A stretch of DNA of 64,000 bases, taken from NCBI RefSeq assembly GCF_006345805.1, contig NC_043014.1:21452001-21516000 (forward strand). The letters are read 5' to 3'. Shown in pieces: positions 43,133 through 56,880 of the stretch. Under the pieces are notes generated by a model, which did no database searches, was not told the origin of the DNA, and saw only the letters and a list, made by a program, of their open reading frames with translations. Both the position numbers and the translations under genes were made by a program. The DNA is from Octopus sinensis. Lineage: Eukaryota. Positions within the stretch are counted from its first letter, which is position 1. Each line of letters starts with the position of its first letter.

Positions 43133-43567
43133 CTATTTAGCATTTAACCCTTTAGCGTTCAGATTATTCTATCACATGTAATGCTCATTTATTCACATTG
43201 TTTTGAATTAAGCATCCTTTATCTTGCAGCTTCAAGATTTCAATGTGATTATTTATTTTTAGAATAACATTTTAGGGGAGGTGTGAGAGTTTGGATCTGC
43301 TCAGTTTGAGCATGAAACAGATGGAATATATTTTGGTCAGAAATGGCCAGTTTAAATGCTAATGGGTTAAACTGAACATATCCAGCCAAATTATTTTACC
43401 CATTTTATGTTCAAACTGACCATGTCCAGCTTCTCATACTTACCCTCCACTGTTATTTCAAAAAATAAACATCGAAATCTCAAACTTACAAGATAATGCA
43501 TGATTAATTCAAAATAATGTGAATTAACAAGCATTACATTTGATAGTGTAATCTGAATGCTAAAGTG
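43133..43567. mobile_element. Nested TTAA-flanked (piggyBac-type) MITEs: inner copy 43148-43366 inserted inverted into an internal TTAA of an older copy
   Basis: ttaa-ccctttagcgttcaga ... tttaaatgctaatggg-ttaa. The outer halves are ctatttagcat-ttaa and actgaacatatcc...ctgaatgctaaagtg-ttaa. Confidence 0.7.
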
Positions 43568-44029
43568 TTAAACAAGTAAAAACTCATTAGTCCTAGAATG
43601 TCTAAAAATACATATGGACAGAGCTGATATTATTTTCATCAATCACTATATGTATACGCGTGGGAGGTAATATTTACCCCCACTTAAATATGGATGTTCT
43701 GTTAGAACAAAATATACAGTGGTAGATACCATGAGAGAAGCTCCCACATTGGCTTTTGGTGCAAAATGCACTCTTGTTTATATTGCTGGTAGGGAGACAA
43801 ACCCCTGCCATCTCTAGCACCAAGACTACCAGATCACATAATTTTGACCTTCCTTGGTCTTGTCAATAATGGATGCTTGACTGCTAGAAAGAGCAACAAC
43901 TCACCTCCCCAGCACTGATATACAGAACAATAGGGCCAGAACAGGTGCTGGTGTGTGATTAGCCAATGACCTTGTTAAATGCCCACCTGTTTATGTGTGT
44001 GTGTGTATTTGCTGTTTTCCTCTTTTCAG

Positions 44030-44123
44030 AACCTGTCAAGCAATAATCTTGGATTTCAAGCAATGCAAAAAATGGCAGAGATGTTGGAAGAAAATGTCAA
44101 TCTGAACACAATAAATCTTTCCA
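44030..44123 (+). CDS. LRRC74: LRRC74-like LRR exon: NLSSNNLGFQAMQKMAEMLEENVNLNTINLS
   Basis: cttttcag acceptor, GTAGGT donor at 44124, 94 nt, phase 0-1, LRR motif. Confidence 0.85.
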
Positions 44124-44369
44124 GTAGGTGGTGCCTTTTTTCTTGTTGTTATTGTCAGCCCAGGGCAGCTCTGAATGCTGTTTTTCTTGTTCTTGTGTAA
44201 GCTCAGATCAACTCTGAATGCTGTTGTTGTGTAATTGAGCTCCAGATCGGCTCTGATTGTTGTTATTTTGTTGCCCCAGGTCAGATTTGATTGAACACAC
44301 CTATGATCAAAGGCGTTCCAACCATGACCGTTCCATCTGTATAGAGTTCTATAGTGAAACTTTATATAA

Positions 44370-44980
44370 AAGGCACAGGTGTGGATGTGTGGTAGGGAGC
44401 TTGCTTATGAACCACATGGTTCCGGGTTCAGTCCCACTGGGTGGCACCTTGGGCAAGTGTCTTCTACTATAGCCTCGGGCTAACCAAAGCCTGGATTTGG
44501 TCAACGGAAACTGAGAGAAGCCCGTCATATGTGTGTGTGTGTGTGTGTGCATGTGTGTGTGTGTGTGTATGTTTGTGTGTCTGTATTTGTCCCCCCCACC
44601 ATCGCTTCACAACCGATGCCGGTCTGTTTACGTCCCCATAACTTAGCGGTTCGGCAAAAGACACCGATAGAATAAGTAATAGGTTATTCTATTTGGTTGC
44701 TATTTCTTGCAGGGTGAGCAAACACTCTTGTTGTTATTGTTTTTGTCTCATCGTCATTGTTGTTGTTGTTGTTGATGGTATTATCTGATAAGCATAGCCG
44801 TATTTCGTCTGCCATTACGTTCTGAGTTCAAATTCCGCCGAGGTCGACTTTGCCTTTCATCCTTTCGAGGTCGATATATTAAGTACCAGTTACGCACTGG
44901 GTTGATGTAATCGACTTAATCCGTTTGTCTGTCCTTGTTTGTCCCCTCTGTGTTTAGCCCCCTGTGGGTAGTAAAGAAAT
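44370..44980 (+). mobile_element. Two adjacent SINEs (tRNA-headed family and cephalopod core family)
   Basis: gggttcagtcccactgggtggcaccttgggcaagtgtcttc..., and ctgagttcaaattccgccgaggtcgactttgcctttcatcc. Confidence 0.7.
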
Positions 44981-45184
44981 AGGTATAATCTGAACGGTCA
45001 CTAGTCAGCTGTACATGGTCAAGTCTGTAGGGAAAATATAATTAATACTATGATCAACGGCAATCCAGAACAGTCATCATGAAATTATAGTGTGTGTGTG
45101 TGTGTGTGCACATGCTGTAATTTATCCTATCAAGCTCATCCACAGGTCCAGACTATCAGAGAGATGGTAATCCAGAGATTACTC

Positions 45185-45418
45185 TTACTCTTTACTCTTT
45201 TACTCTTTTACTTATTTCAGTCATTTGACTGTGGCCATGCTGGAGCACCACCTTTAATCGAACAAATCGACCCCAGGACTTATTCCTTGTAAGCCTAGTA
45301 CTTATTCTATCAGTCGTTTTTGCCAAACTACTAAGTTATGGGGACGTAAACACACCAGCATCGGTTGTCAAACAATGTTGAGGGTGGACAAACACAGACA
45401 CACAAACACACACACACA

Positions 45419-45510
<92 letters not shown>

Positions 45511-45610
45511 CATATATACGATGGGCTTATTTCAGTTTCCGTCTACCAAATCCACTCACAAGGCTTTGGTCGGCCCTAAGCTATAGTAGAAGACACTTGC
45601 CCAAGGTGCC
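45185..45610 (-). mobile_element. SINE with a (CA)n expansion and a CR1-like 3' tail
   Basis: cttttacttatttcagtcatttgactgtggccatgctggagcacc ... gaagacacttgcccaaggtgcc. Confidence 0.75.
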
Positions 45611-46084
45611 ATGCAGTGGGATCTTGGGCAAGATTGCCTATTATATGAAACACATACCTGGAAATCCACAAATATCCAGAGTTTCTACAAATATAACCAA
45701 AGAGAATAGAGTGAGCAAGTCCTTTTATTACATTGATTTACAACTGTTTCATCAAAAATTGATCTCATGAGCATCACTATATTATTATGCAAAAATATAT
45801 ACAACATTTGATGCACGAAGTGTCACAGACATCATTTCTTCAGAATCATGCATAAAGGTGCGTGTGTGTGTGTGTATACATGTGTTTGTGTTTGTCCTTC
45901 ACCAGTGTTTGATAACTGGTGTTGGTTCACTTATGTCCCTGCATTAGTAAGTGGTTTCACAAAAGAGCAATAGGATAAGAAAAATAAGTTCTGGGATCCT
46001 TTTGTTTGATTAAACCCTGGAAGGCAGTGTCCTACAATGGCCACTGCCCAATGACTGACACAAGTAAAAGAAGAACAAATATAT

Positions 46085-46109
46085 AGAGACAGAGATAGAT
46101 AGATAGATT

Positions 46110-46158
<49 letters not shown>

Positions 46159-46264
46159 GTAGGTAGGTAGGTAAGTAGGTAGGTAGGTAGGTAGATAGAT
46201 TGATAGATAGATAGGCAGACAGACAGACAGACAGGTAGGTAGGTAGGTAGATAGATAGATAGAT

Positions 46265-46297
<33 letters not shown>

Positions 46298-46320
46298 CAG
46301 ATAGACAGACGGACGGACGG

Positions 46321-46354
<34 letters not shown>

Positions 46355-46378
46355 AGATAGACAGATAGATAGATAGAT
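46085..46378. repeat. Compound (GATA)n/(GACA)n/(GGTA)n microsatellite
   Basis: Directly visible. Confidence 0.95.
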
Positions 46379-47448
46379 ACTGGGTGCAGTGAATAAATTT
46401 TCATCTAATTTACTCAAAAATGAAAATAACACTGACATCTCATTTTAACAGATATATTTACCAAAATTACATAAAGTTATCTTGAAATACTAAAGAGTAA
46501 ATTTATTCAATAAAATCGCTATTGGCTTCAAACCACAGCCTTCAAACAACTTCAGAATCTCCTGCAACACTTCTGGATGATCTCCTTGTTTAAGTTGGTG
46601 AATGCCGCCATAATCGTTGCCTTCAGTTCATCTTTGGTGTTACACGGAATTTTGTTGGTCTCTTGCTCAATTGCACCCCACACATAATAATCAAGGGGTT
46701 GTGGTCTGGGGAGTTAGGTGGCCAGCTGTTCGGGGTGATATGATTGCAGAAATTGTCTGACAGTCATGATTGGGTTCTCCTGCTTGTGTGGCATGGTGCA
46801 GAGTCCTATTGCCAGACATAATGTCTTCCAGCAGCCACTCTCATGACCCAGGGCAGCACTACCTCCTCCAGGTACTTGATGTAGGCCTCTGTATTGAGTC
46901 TGAGGCTGTGTGGGAAGATGAATGGAGGCATAACGTCGCCTGGATGCTTGACTTTTATTACTCTCAGTACATGTTTTGGGGACACAGCAAGCCAATGGTT
47001 GCTCTGTGTGTTCACCATCTGATTCTAGTAGAAATTATTCTCGTCTGAGAAAAACCAAAGCATGCTCAGTTGGAGTGGATGATTGAGTTTGTGCAAAAGC
47101 TTCATAGTGCAGTCTTTCCTCTTGTCCTTGTTGGCTTGGGATAAAAATTGGCCCATTCACATGCCTTTATAATCACCATTAGACTCATCCAGCTCTTTCC
47201 AAATCCTCTGCACTGTCCTCAAATACTCTGAAATGTTCATATTGGAGCTTCCAGTATGAATGCCAAGCAGTACAGCATCTTGTTTCCAAATTTCTGGCAG
47301 AGTGAATTGCCTCATGATGTTGTTTTTCTCACAGACAGGGCCCAACTGACCCTACAATATTGTGTAGTCAACAAAATCAAAAACAAACAAAGCACATGCA
47401 TGAAATTCAAAATATAAAATGGCAACAATTTACCCATCACACCATATA
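46378..47448 (-). mobile_element. maT/DD37D-like Tc1-mariner remnant
   Basis: FSDEN, WQQDSAPCH and WPPNSPDHNPLDYYVW motifs, with loose TIRs at both ends. Confidence 0.75.
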
Positions 47449-48054
47449 TACATATTCACTCACACACATACACATAAGCACTAGTCCACTTTGTTACTGT
47501 ATTCATTATCTTTGTTGAGTATTTTTGGATAACCATCATTACTCTACAAGCTTTAACGATTATGTAATGAACACTTTTTATTGTTGTTCAGCCCCATGTC
47601 AACCCTGATTACACATTAAATAGTTGATGCTTTACATTAATAGCCAAGAGACCCAAATCGCCGGTGGTGGTGGTAGTGGTGGTAGTAGTAGACCCAGTAG
47701 ACCAAGTTCGTTTGGAACCTAATCCCTGTGATAAACAAGGATAGATGTATTAGATGTTTTGGGTCAACATCATCTGATACACTTATAGGTAGTTTATGTC
47801 AACCTGTTTTAAATTGATATCTGACTGTGAATGTCACTTTCTTTTACAGAATCCTCTTCTAATATATTACACAAGGAGGCAGGATTAAATATAAGAGCAG
47901 GAGGTTCCAACATTCATTGTACTTCTTGAAATTCAATGGCTTCCTTTAACTGATTTCAATCAATATTAATCTTCAAAGGGAAATGTTTGTAACTTGGTAG
48001 GGATAAAATCTGGAAACTGATGATGATTTTCATCAGCAATTGATATAATATATA

Positions 48055-48275
48055 CAATTGATATAAGATGGGAGGGCAGCAACCAAAGGGGACATCAATT
48101 TATCAAGTGACTGGAAATGAGCCAAGTAAGGCAAATGAAGACAATGGGGCAAACAGGATTGTTTGGCTCATGGATTCAGTGGAGGAAGAAGTAGATGGTA
48201 GATGGGAAAACTGTAGCCCATGGGACATTCCGAATGATACACATGACAAAAAAATTACTTTGAATTTTGTTTAGT
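48055..48275 (-). mobile_element. Penelope-like RT fragment
   Basis: Manual translation across a frameshift gives IYFFL..IHEPNNP.CPIV....LISS.LDKLMSPLVAALPSYI, resembling the PLE FYxLPKIHK...RPIVS...LPSY region. Confidence 0.55.
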
Positions 48276-48937
48276 AGTGTGAACTGCCTGATGAAAAACT
48301 GTTTCATGCAGCCTGCTTCTTGTAAAAGGTTGCCCATACTGGTGGTAGACATTTATGAACTTTGAACAATGAGGTGAGTGTCTGTGACCTGAAGTAAGGA
48401 ATTGGAAATGAGCTTAAGTACAATAGTGAAGACAAGATTCTGGTTGCAGTGGAAATTGTTATTGAATAATTTGTTATAGAGGAGATGATTAATCAGTTGA
48501 ATTCTTCATCTATGTAGAGTTTCATTAGCTTGTTACATCACTTAACAACTAACTTATCGTTAAAACACCATACAAGGTAATGTTTTAGTGATAATAGTGG
48601 AGTTATTTAATGCAACATAAAATAGATGGCATTAGCAAGGGCACCCAGCCATAAAACCCATGCCAAAACAGACCTTCCCAGTGAAGGTGCCTTGAAAAAA
48701 GTACTGCTCAGTTCACTCTGTAAGATAGCTGATGTTAGAAAGGGCATCCAGCCATAAAACCCATGCCATAACAGACAGTGAATCCTGGTGCTGTCTAACC
48801 AGCTAACCCATGCCAGCAGGGAAAACGGACATTAAATGAAGATGATGATGATGATGATGATAACTTGCAGTTGACAGACAGCAGTGAAGACATAGCAATT
48901 AATGAATTAACCATGTAGTTCTGTTCACCTTTTTCAG

Positions 48938-48987
48938 ATAATCTACTTGATGATAGATGTATGAAAATATTAGTAACTGCTCTACAG
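48938..48987 (+). CDS. LRRC74: LRRC74-like LRR exon: (N)NLLDDRCMKILVTALQ
   Basis: ttttcag acceptor, GTGAGT donor at 48988, 50 nt, phase 1-0. It completes LS-xN-xL across the junction. Confidence 0.8.
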
Positions 48988-50143
48988 GTGAGTATTAACT
49001 ATTGTACTATTCTAGAATATTCCTTTTGGTATTGTGGTCTTACAAAACTCTCTTACCACTGCCTGGCATCACTAATCATCTCTGTCACTTCTAACATACA
49101 TTGTGCTATTGAAACTGTATGACAACAAACTAAAGAGGTTTTTATGTAATAAAAAAGACATTAAAATACTAACGGCAAATAATTATATGACACGGAGAAA
49201 AACAATATTAGCCATCAATAAATATAATTTTAATTACAGTTGATAGGTTGGTAGAATTATTAGAACATCAGATAAAATATTTTGTGGCTTTAGTTTCTTC
49301 TTTTATAGACATTACTTGTGAAATAACAATTAATCCTTTGACCTGTGCACATGCTTAAGTAAGTGAGATTTAATACAGAAAGGATTATTAAACACTATTT
49401 TAAACAATTGTTAGTTCAGTCTAGTCAACTAGCAAAAATGAGAGCTAACACAGACAGAAGAAAGTCTTTGTTCAAAACATCCATATTCGTGTCTCCGTGC
49501 CATAAACTTATCTAAATTTTAAAAATTTACTAAATATTCTTTCTAGAATAACAAAAAGGTTAAGACTGGAATACATTTGATCCATAGTCTGCTCATTTAA
49601 ACATTCTAGACTATATAGAATGCTCCATTCTACCAAAATCTACAGAAGCTATAAGTGCACAATGTGTGCTTCCATAGATAGATGACCATATTGGCACATG
49701 TTTATTATCCTGGTATAGTTGAGGTTTCTCTGCCCTTTGACAGGTTTTATTTTTAGTTCCTGTTGTATGTTCATGCATTCACCTCATCTACCATAGTAAA
49801 CTTGGGTAACGGGAATATTTTGTTGTCAAACATGATTGTTGTTTAAGCCAGGTCAGCCTTGGTAAAGCAAACTAATGTTTCTGTGGTGTACATATGAACA
49901 CTGGTGCCCAACTGATATATCACGTCACAGCAGAATTTTGAGGTGTCTTCCATGTTTGTCTTTTGAGAATCTCACCAATAACAAGTGGTCAATATAAGTA
50001 AAAGCAACATGGTAAGCTGGCAGAATCATTAGCACCCCAGGCAAGATGCTTTGCAGCATTTTGTCCATCTTTACATTCTGAATTCAAATTCCACTGATGC
50101 TGACTTTGCCTTTCATCCTTTTGGGGTCCATAAAATAAGTACC

Positions 50144-51590
50144 TTAACACGACTATTCAATATGTCATTGGCGACGGGTGTTATACCTGCAGACTGAAGA
50201 ACAGCGATAATCTGCCCAATTTTCAAGAAAGGGAGCCGCGAAGACCCGCTTAACTACCGACCGGTTTCCCTTACATCAATTATCAGCAAGATGTTCGAAA
50301 CCATCCTTAAGAAAAGTATGATGCTCCACCTCCTAAACACAGCCTCTATCTCTGATTCCCAACACGGCTTCGTGCCGAAGAGATCATGCTTGACCAACCT
50401 ACTAGTAATGGAAGAATTGGTGACGCGCATCCTCGATGATAGTGATGCTGTTGACATCGTTTTACTGGACTTTGCCAAAGCTTTTGACTCGGTGAACCAC
50501 CGCCTATTGCTTGTCAAGCTTCAAGCATATAGTTTCCATCCGGATATTGTACGATGGGTTGGTGCCTTCCTCTCAGATCGCTCCTTCCAAGTCCAAGTTA
50601 ATGGTTCGTGGTCCGACGTCTCCAGTGCGAGCAGTGGCGTGCCTCAAGGTTCAGTGCTTGGGCCCTTGTTGTTCTTAGTCTTCATAAATGACTTGCCCGA
50701 CAACCTCACGCAACACACCCTTCTATTTGCTGATGATATCAAACTGGTCGCTCCTCGCGGTAATATAGAGGATCTTCGTCGATGCCTCCACCAAATTTGG
50801 AAGTGGTCTAACAATTGGGACCTGTGTCTGAACGTGTCAAAGTGCTGTCGGCTCTACTCCTGCAACTCAACTTGATTTCGAGCCGGGTCGTCTGCTGCTG
50901 GAGAGGACCGATCAGGTAAAGGACCTAGGTATCTTGGTGGATTCCTCCTTTTCGCCTTCGGCCCAGTGCGTCCATGCTGCCAACAAAGCACGCGGAATTC
51001 TGTTCTTGATTCGACGGTCATTCGGAATGCTCACAGCAGCCATATTCCTACCACTCTATGTCACGCTGGTGAGACCCATATTGGAGTATGGGATTCAAGC
51101 CTCTTCTCCTTATCTCCTCAAAGACATACAGCATCTCGAAAAAGTCCAGAAGCTGGCTACCCGCATGGTCCTTGGTCTCAAAAATTTGTCCTACGAAGAA
51201 AGGCTGAGGACGCTCGACCTTTATTCTCTTGAAAAACGCCGCCGCCGTGGTGATCTCATTCTCGCCCACAACATCATAAGCGGAAAGTGTAACCTCTCGA
51301 AAGAGCTGTTCTTCACTCCTGCTCTAGAGCGTCGGCTGCGGGGTCATTCCAAAAAGCTCTACCTGCGACGATTTCATCTCAATCGAAGGAGAGGAGCTTT
51401 CTCCGTCCGGGTTGCGGATCCGTGGAACAAGCTGCCAGACGAGATGGTGAAGATGCCGACGACCGCTTTGTTCAAAGCCTCCCTTGACCTCAAGTGGCCT
51501 GAACTCTTTACACGAACACCACCCTGTACTTAACTCCATGTCCCCTTTACATGGCCTTGCTATTTGCTTTTGAGCCAAATTAACTAACTA
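50144..51590 (+). mobile_element. 5'-truncated CR1-clade LINE (ORFs 50291-50875, 50934-51533; (TAAC)n tail) inserted into and splitting a SINE
   Basis: QHGFVPKRSCLTNL, LDFAKAFDSVNH, SGVPQGSVLGPLLF, FADD. The flanks rejoin as taaaataagtacc|agttgagcact, with a possible ACC TSD. Confidence 0.9.
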
Positions 51591-52486
51591 ACCAGTTGAG
51601 CACTAGGGTCAATGTAAATGACTTACCCCTCCCCCAAACTTGCTGGCCTTGTGTCAAAATGTGAAACCAATATAAGTAAGAACAAAGAGTAGACCCTATA
51701 GGATGATATTTATGAAAAGTTAGTATGCCTGTGTAATGTTACAATGACTAAAAGACATACAAATAAATCTGTACAACTTAAAGAACATAACAACAACTTT
51801 CTCGGGAATATTTTAGGGCTTGATACAAATTTGGCTGGGGACTCTCTATCAATCTTCCAGAAAATCTGAGAATATTCCAGAGTAGAAGAAAATATATGGA
51901 AGTGTGGGATTGGGCATCTGTCAATAACTGTTATAGAACAAAGGTAATCGTTTTTGGAGATCATATGAAGAGGAGACGAGCATGAAATCTGTGAGGTATA
52001 AATAATCTCCAACTCCAGCAGATAGAAATCTTCACAACTCTCTATCACAAGAGAACTGTTATATAACTACAGTTACCACACTCCATTATTTCTATACAAT
52101 ATGAGCCAACAAAAGTAACCCCTGTACTGTCACTCAACCTGCTAGAACACATTGGACAACAAAGTCCTCGAAAGGTAAAGCCAACCTCAGCAGAATTTGA
52201 ACTCAGAAAGTAAAGATGGATGAAATACCACTAAGCATTATGTCTGGCATGTTAACAGTTCTGCCAGCTTACCACTCAATACTTAGACATGTGTTGATCA
52301 TAGATTTATTCAGTCAGGACTAAACATTAACTTCTATAGAAAATTCACAAATCTCCATTGCCTCTGCGTTATATAGACTCATTTTTTTATGACATAATCT
52401 ATATCACTGTTTTACCACTATACAACAGGCATAATTTTCTATTAATAATATTAAAGTGAGAATTTTCCCCAATTACTCTTTTACAG

Positions 52487-52568
52487 GATAGCGGCTATAT
52501 AATCATGATTAACCTCAGTCATAACCATTTCACAGAAAACTGTGCAGAACTGGTGGGAACTTTGATAG
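52487..52568 (+). CDS. LRRC74: LRRC74-like LRR exon: DSGYIIMINLSHNHFTENCAELVGTLI
   Basis: ctcttttacag acceptor, GTAATG donor at 52569, 82 nt, phase 0-1, LSHNxF motif as in LRRC74. Confidence 0.8.
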
Positions 52569-53164
52569 GTAATGTGGTGTGTGTTTGTGACTGAGTACAG
52601 GTGTATGTGTGTGAGGCTGTGCATGAGTGTATGAATATGACTTTCTAAGCACAGTGTGACAAAGATGTGTGAGTGTGTATATATAGATGTGTGTGTGTAT
52701 AGATGTGAGTGAGTGTATATACATGTGAGTGTGAGTGAGTGTATATAGATGCTTTAATGTGTTGATATTTGTGACTTTCTATGTACAGTGACTTCCTTTG
52801 TAAGCATGTGAGTTTGGCTGTACATGAAGTGTGCATCATAGATGAGTGTGTGTGTGAGTGTGCATGTGCATGCAAACATGTATGTGTATGAGTGAATGTG
52901 TGTGTGTGAGCAAGTGTAAACATGTGTGTGTATGCATGTAAACATTTGTGTGTGTGTGTGTGTGTGTGTATTTGTGACTTTGCTTCTGGGCATGGATCTG
53001 AGTTACTTTCAATGTAGAGTGGGTTGTATGTATACAGCTACACTCGAGTAAGTTTCCATGTAGGGTGAGACATAAATACATGTGTGAGACTTTCAATGTA
53101 AAGGAGGATCATGTGTGGGCAGCAGAAGCCCATGCTTGAGTGTGTGAGTATAAGTGACTTTCAA

Positions 53165-55359
53165 TGTAGAAGAAGTGAAGACTGCAGGGCTGGCGGAAGA
53201 GCCACATGCATAGGCAAAAGCATGATGAGAGTTGGATGAGAGACAGCAGCATGCAAGGACACGTTTTTTCTCGACAGTGATTGCTCATCCCGCCTAGGTC
53301 AACAGGTAAGGTCTCTGTATTTCTTTCTCCCTTTTGCTTCTTTTTCTGTTGTCTTTTTCTTTCATCACACTACAAGCTATTTCGGCCCATAAAAATAACA
53401 AGCAAACAAAAAAAAAACAATGATGAGTGTAGTCTGTATTTCGAATTATATGGTCAAACTATTTTGCGGTGAAATGGATGTAGTCGCTTGGTTGAAGAAG
53501 TTGAAGTTGGTTGCAAAACTCCATGACTTAGCGAGTTTTATACCACTGTACCTAGATGGTTCGGCGTTGGCGCTATACCTAGAAATGGAAGAAAGGGATC
53601 AACTTAGCGTGGAAAAAATAGAAATCCGTTTGATGGAGGCCTTTGCAGAAGGAATGTTTGAAGCATATGCTCGCCTGGGAAAAGCAAAGTGGACCAGCGA
53701 ACAGGCCAACATATTTGCAAACAAACTCAGAAGATTAGCTAAACTGGTGGGATTTGAGGGAGAATCACTGGACCGAATGGTTAGTTAGTGTTTGTGACTG
53801 GCTTTCCTGACCACATGTTGGTTGAGTTGCAAAAACTGCCGAACATTAACTCTATGGTGATGACAGACATTATATCTTAGGCTTGCATACTAGTTTCGTG
53901 TTGCAGGATGACACCGGTAGCAGCGACTGCAATAACGAAAAGTGGCCGACCAAGGAGTAGCAGAGAGGGGTCAAACAAGGAACATGTGCGACCATTCAAA
54001 GGACAGTGTTTCCAGTGTCAGGGCATGCACATGGGGGTGGACAGGACGTTGTTCCTAGCCAGGAAAGTCGACTCCAATGTAACAAGATGAAGCATGCAGA
54101 GAGTGGTTAGCAGCTGTGACTGGTGCGAGTCCATCGACCCTGCTCCGGACGTACATGAGGTAGGAAGTGTTCCAGTGGACCACAACTGGAAACGACTGGC
54201 AGGGGACATACCTCTCAATGGCTGACTGTGGACCGGGACAGTTGGCCATATGGAGGGAGATGAAGACAGGGACTGCAGAGGAATTCATGAGAGTACTAAA
54301 TGAGATATTCCTGGAACAAGGCCCCATGGATGAGCTGCTTCTGGATAATGGCACTGCATTTCATTCGGAGGTGCTGAAAGAAATATTTGATGGGTGGCAG
54401 GTCAACCGCTTCTTCAGGGCAGCATACCAGTCAAGTGGTAATGGGGTGGAGGAAAAACATCATCGTATCATCAAGGCCATGGCAGAGAGGGGCCACATTT
54501 CACCAATCAAGGCCGTATTCTGGTACAATATGTCGCCCAGGTCAGGACAGGCTGAGAAGTCGGTACCACACAGGGCAATATTCAGGTACGAGTGGAGGCA
54601 TCCGTGTACTGCATCAATGCGACCCAGGGCAGAGGAAGAGCATGCTTTCGTGCAGATCAGGGAAGAAGTTTGGGTAAAACCCCCAAATGCACAGTGTACA
54701 TCACAATGGGGAAAGGGAACAATAACATCCATCAATTCGAAGAACAACGTCTCTGTCGATAGTATACCACACCATGTTTTGGATGTACGGAGGATTGTCA
54801 ATGCCTCAGAGGATGGAACCAGCAGCAGTGGGGCCAGAAGATGAAGACAGCAACAGTAGGCAAGAAGATGAAGACAGCAGCAGTAAGCAAGATGATGAAG
54901 TCAGCAGCAGCATGCCAGGAACTCAGGCCAGACTTGGGGTTGCACAGTGACCACAGAGGGAGTGGCACCCTCTTCCCTGGTTGGCTGATTATGAAACCAG
55001 TTAAGGTGTGAGTTCAGGAGCGAGGAGTAAGTGGGAAAGCTGGTTGAATGATCTGTAGATCAGTGGGGAACGTGTGATGTTTGTGGTGTTATGGGCTGTG
55101 ATGAGCTATGTGGTGTTGGTGGAGAGGATTGCAGATGAGGTAAATGGAAGTGAAGACTGCATGGGCCAGTGGAAGAGCCACGGGGGCATGCATGGGCAAA
55201 AAGCACATGCAGGCAGTTGGATAAGAAACGGCAGCATGCAAGGACGTGTTTTTTCTTGACAGTGATCGCTCATCCCGCCTAGGTCATCAGGTAAGGTCTC
55301 TGTATTTCTTTCTCCCTTTTGCTTCTTTTTCTGTTGTCTTATTCCTCCATCACACTACA
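53165..55359 (+). mobile_element. Non-autonomous Gypsy LTR retrotransposon: LTRs (~53165-53374 and ~55140-55359), gag remnant and integrase; protease/RT/RNase H deleted
   Basis: ~200-bp direct repeats both ending cacactaca. Gag-like ORF 53420-53788, CFQC knuckle, H-MGVDRTLFLAR...CDWC zinc site, and integrase core LLLDNGTAF...SSGNGVEEKHH. LTR 5' boundaries are uncertain. Confidence 0.85.
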
Positions 55360-56327
55360 GTTTTCATTGTGTTTCCCCATGTCAGCACTGGTCAGTAATC
55401 ATAAAACATTTAGGCATTCAGTCATCACAACTCTCACACAGATTGCTTAAGATCTCTGAGCCTCTGCATAGTTGAAAATCTTAATGCACAATCCATCATA
55501 CATTGGTTAATTGCATGAGGTGTAATGCTGCAGTTTGGGCATGTTACTCACTTGCTAATGTCCAGTCTATCATGTGTACAGAGTAGCTCAAAGAGTTGTA
55601 CATATGTATGTATGTGTATGCATGTATGAATATGTATGTGTGTGAGCAAGTGACAGTATGCATTATACACAGCTTTATACTCATCGTTGTTTTAAAATTT
55701 GTTTTTTTTCTTTCTTTATTTGTTTGTCTTTTCCATTTCTCACTGGCATGGATTGGACAGCTCTGTAATACCACTTATGTCTAAATTATAAGTTACCTTG
55801 ACTGTGACACCCAGATCTGATTTCAACACTCCAGTCTAAATTTACCAATGACAGATGACACTTTTTCACCCTGCACTCTTTGTCCATTCACTAGCCATTT
55901 CTTATGCATACATCAGTTGACTTGTAGTCGAACTAGTAGTCTATCAGTAATAGTCTAACCATAGTTGTCTTACTAGTAGTCTCACATTACACATCCAACA
56001 AATGTATTATGTCTGCTTCCCTTCTTTCCAGCCTACACGAATTTCCCACTTTCAATGCCCATTTTTCACTACCATATACGATCACACTTCTAACATTATA
56101 TAGTCCACTCTTTCCTTGCTGATGCTTCATACATATATATCATCATCATCATCATTTAACATCTGTTTTCCATGCTGGGATGGATTGGATGGTTTAACTG
56201 AAGTTGGTATGGCCAGTGGCTGCACTACAATAATCCTATGCAGACCAAACCTTTGTGCGTGGATTTGATAGGCAGAAACTGAAAGAAGCCTATTGCATAG
56301 GTATATGTTTGTGTGTATGTTGGTGTA

Positions 56328-56370
<43 letters not shown>

Positions 56371-56385
56371 CTATATATATTATAT

Positions 56386-56425
<40 letters not shown>

Positions 56426-56510
56426 TATATTTCTATATATATATATACATATATATATATTCATATATATATATATACATAGATATATATATATACATAC
56501 ATATATACAT

Positions 56511-56545
<35 letters not shown>

Positions 56546-56693
56546 TAAATTAGAGATAAAACCACTATTAGGCAAATCAAACAGTGAAAAACATAAGCCA
56601 ATACATAAAATTAATTTAAAAATATAAAAGTTAAAAATTAAAAAATTATTTAAATAATTTAAACTTATAATTTTAAATATATATATACAAATC

Positions 56694-56727
<34 letters not shown>

Positions 56728-56842
56728 GTATATTTTTATATTTATATATTATTTATTTATTAATTTTTTTTATTTTTTATTTATATAAAATATATATATA
56801 TATATATAATATATATATATATATAATATATATATATATATA

Positions 56843-56875
<33 letters not shown>

Positions 56876-56880
<5 letters not shown>

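Noticed and set aside
53371-53392. Similarity between the sequence after the Gypsy LTR (tacaagctatttcggcccat) and 57114-57131 (tacagctatttcggccat)
   Set aside because: It is a short match between unrelated element types with no flanking homology, so I treated it as chance.
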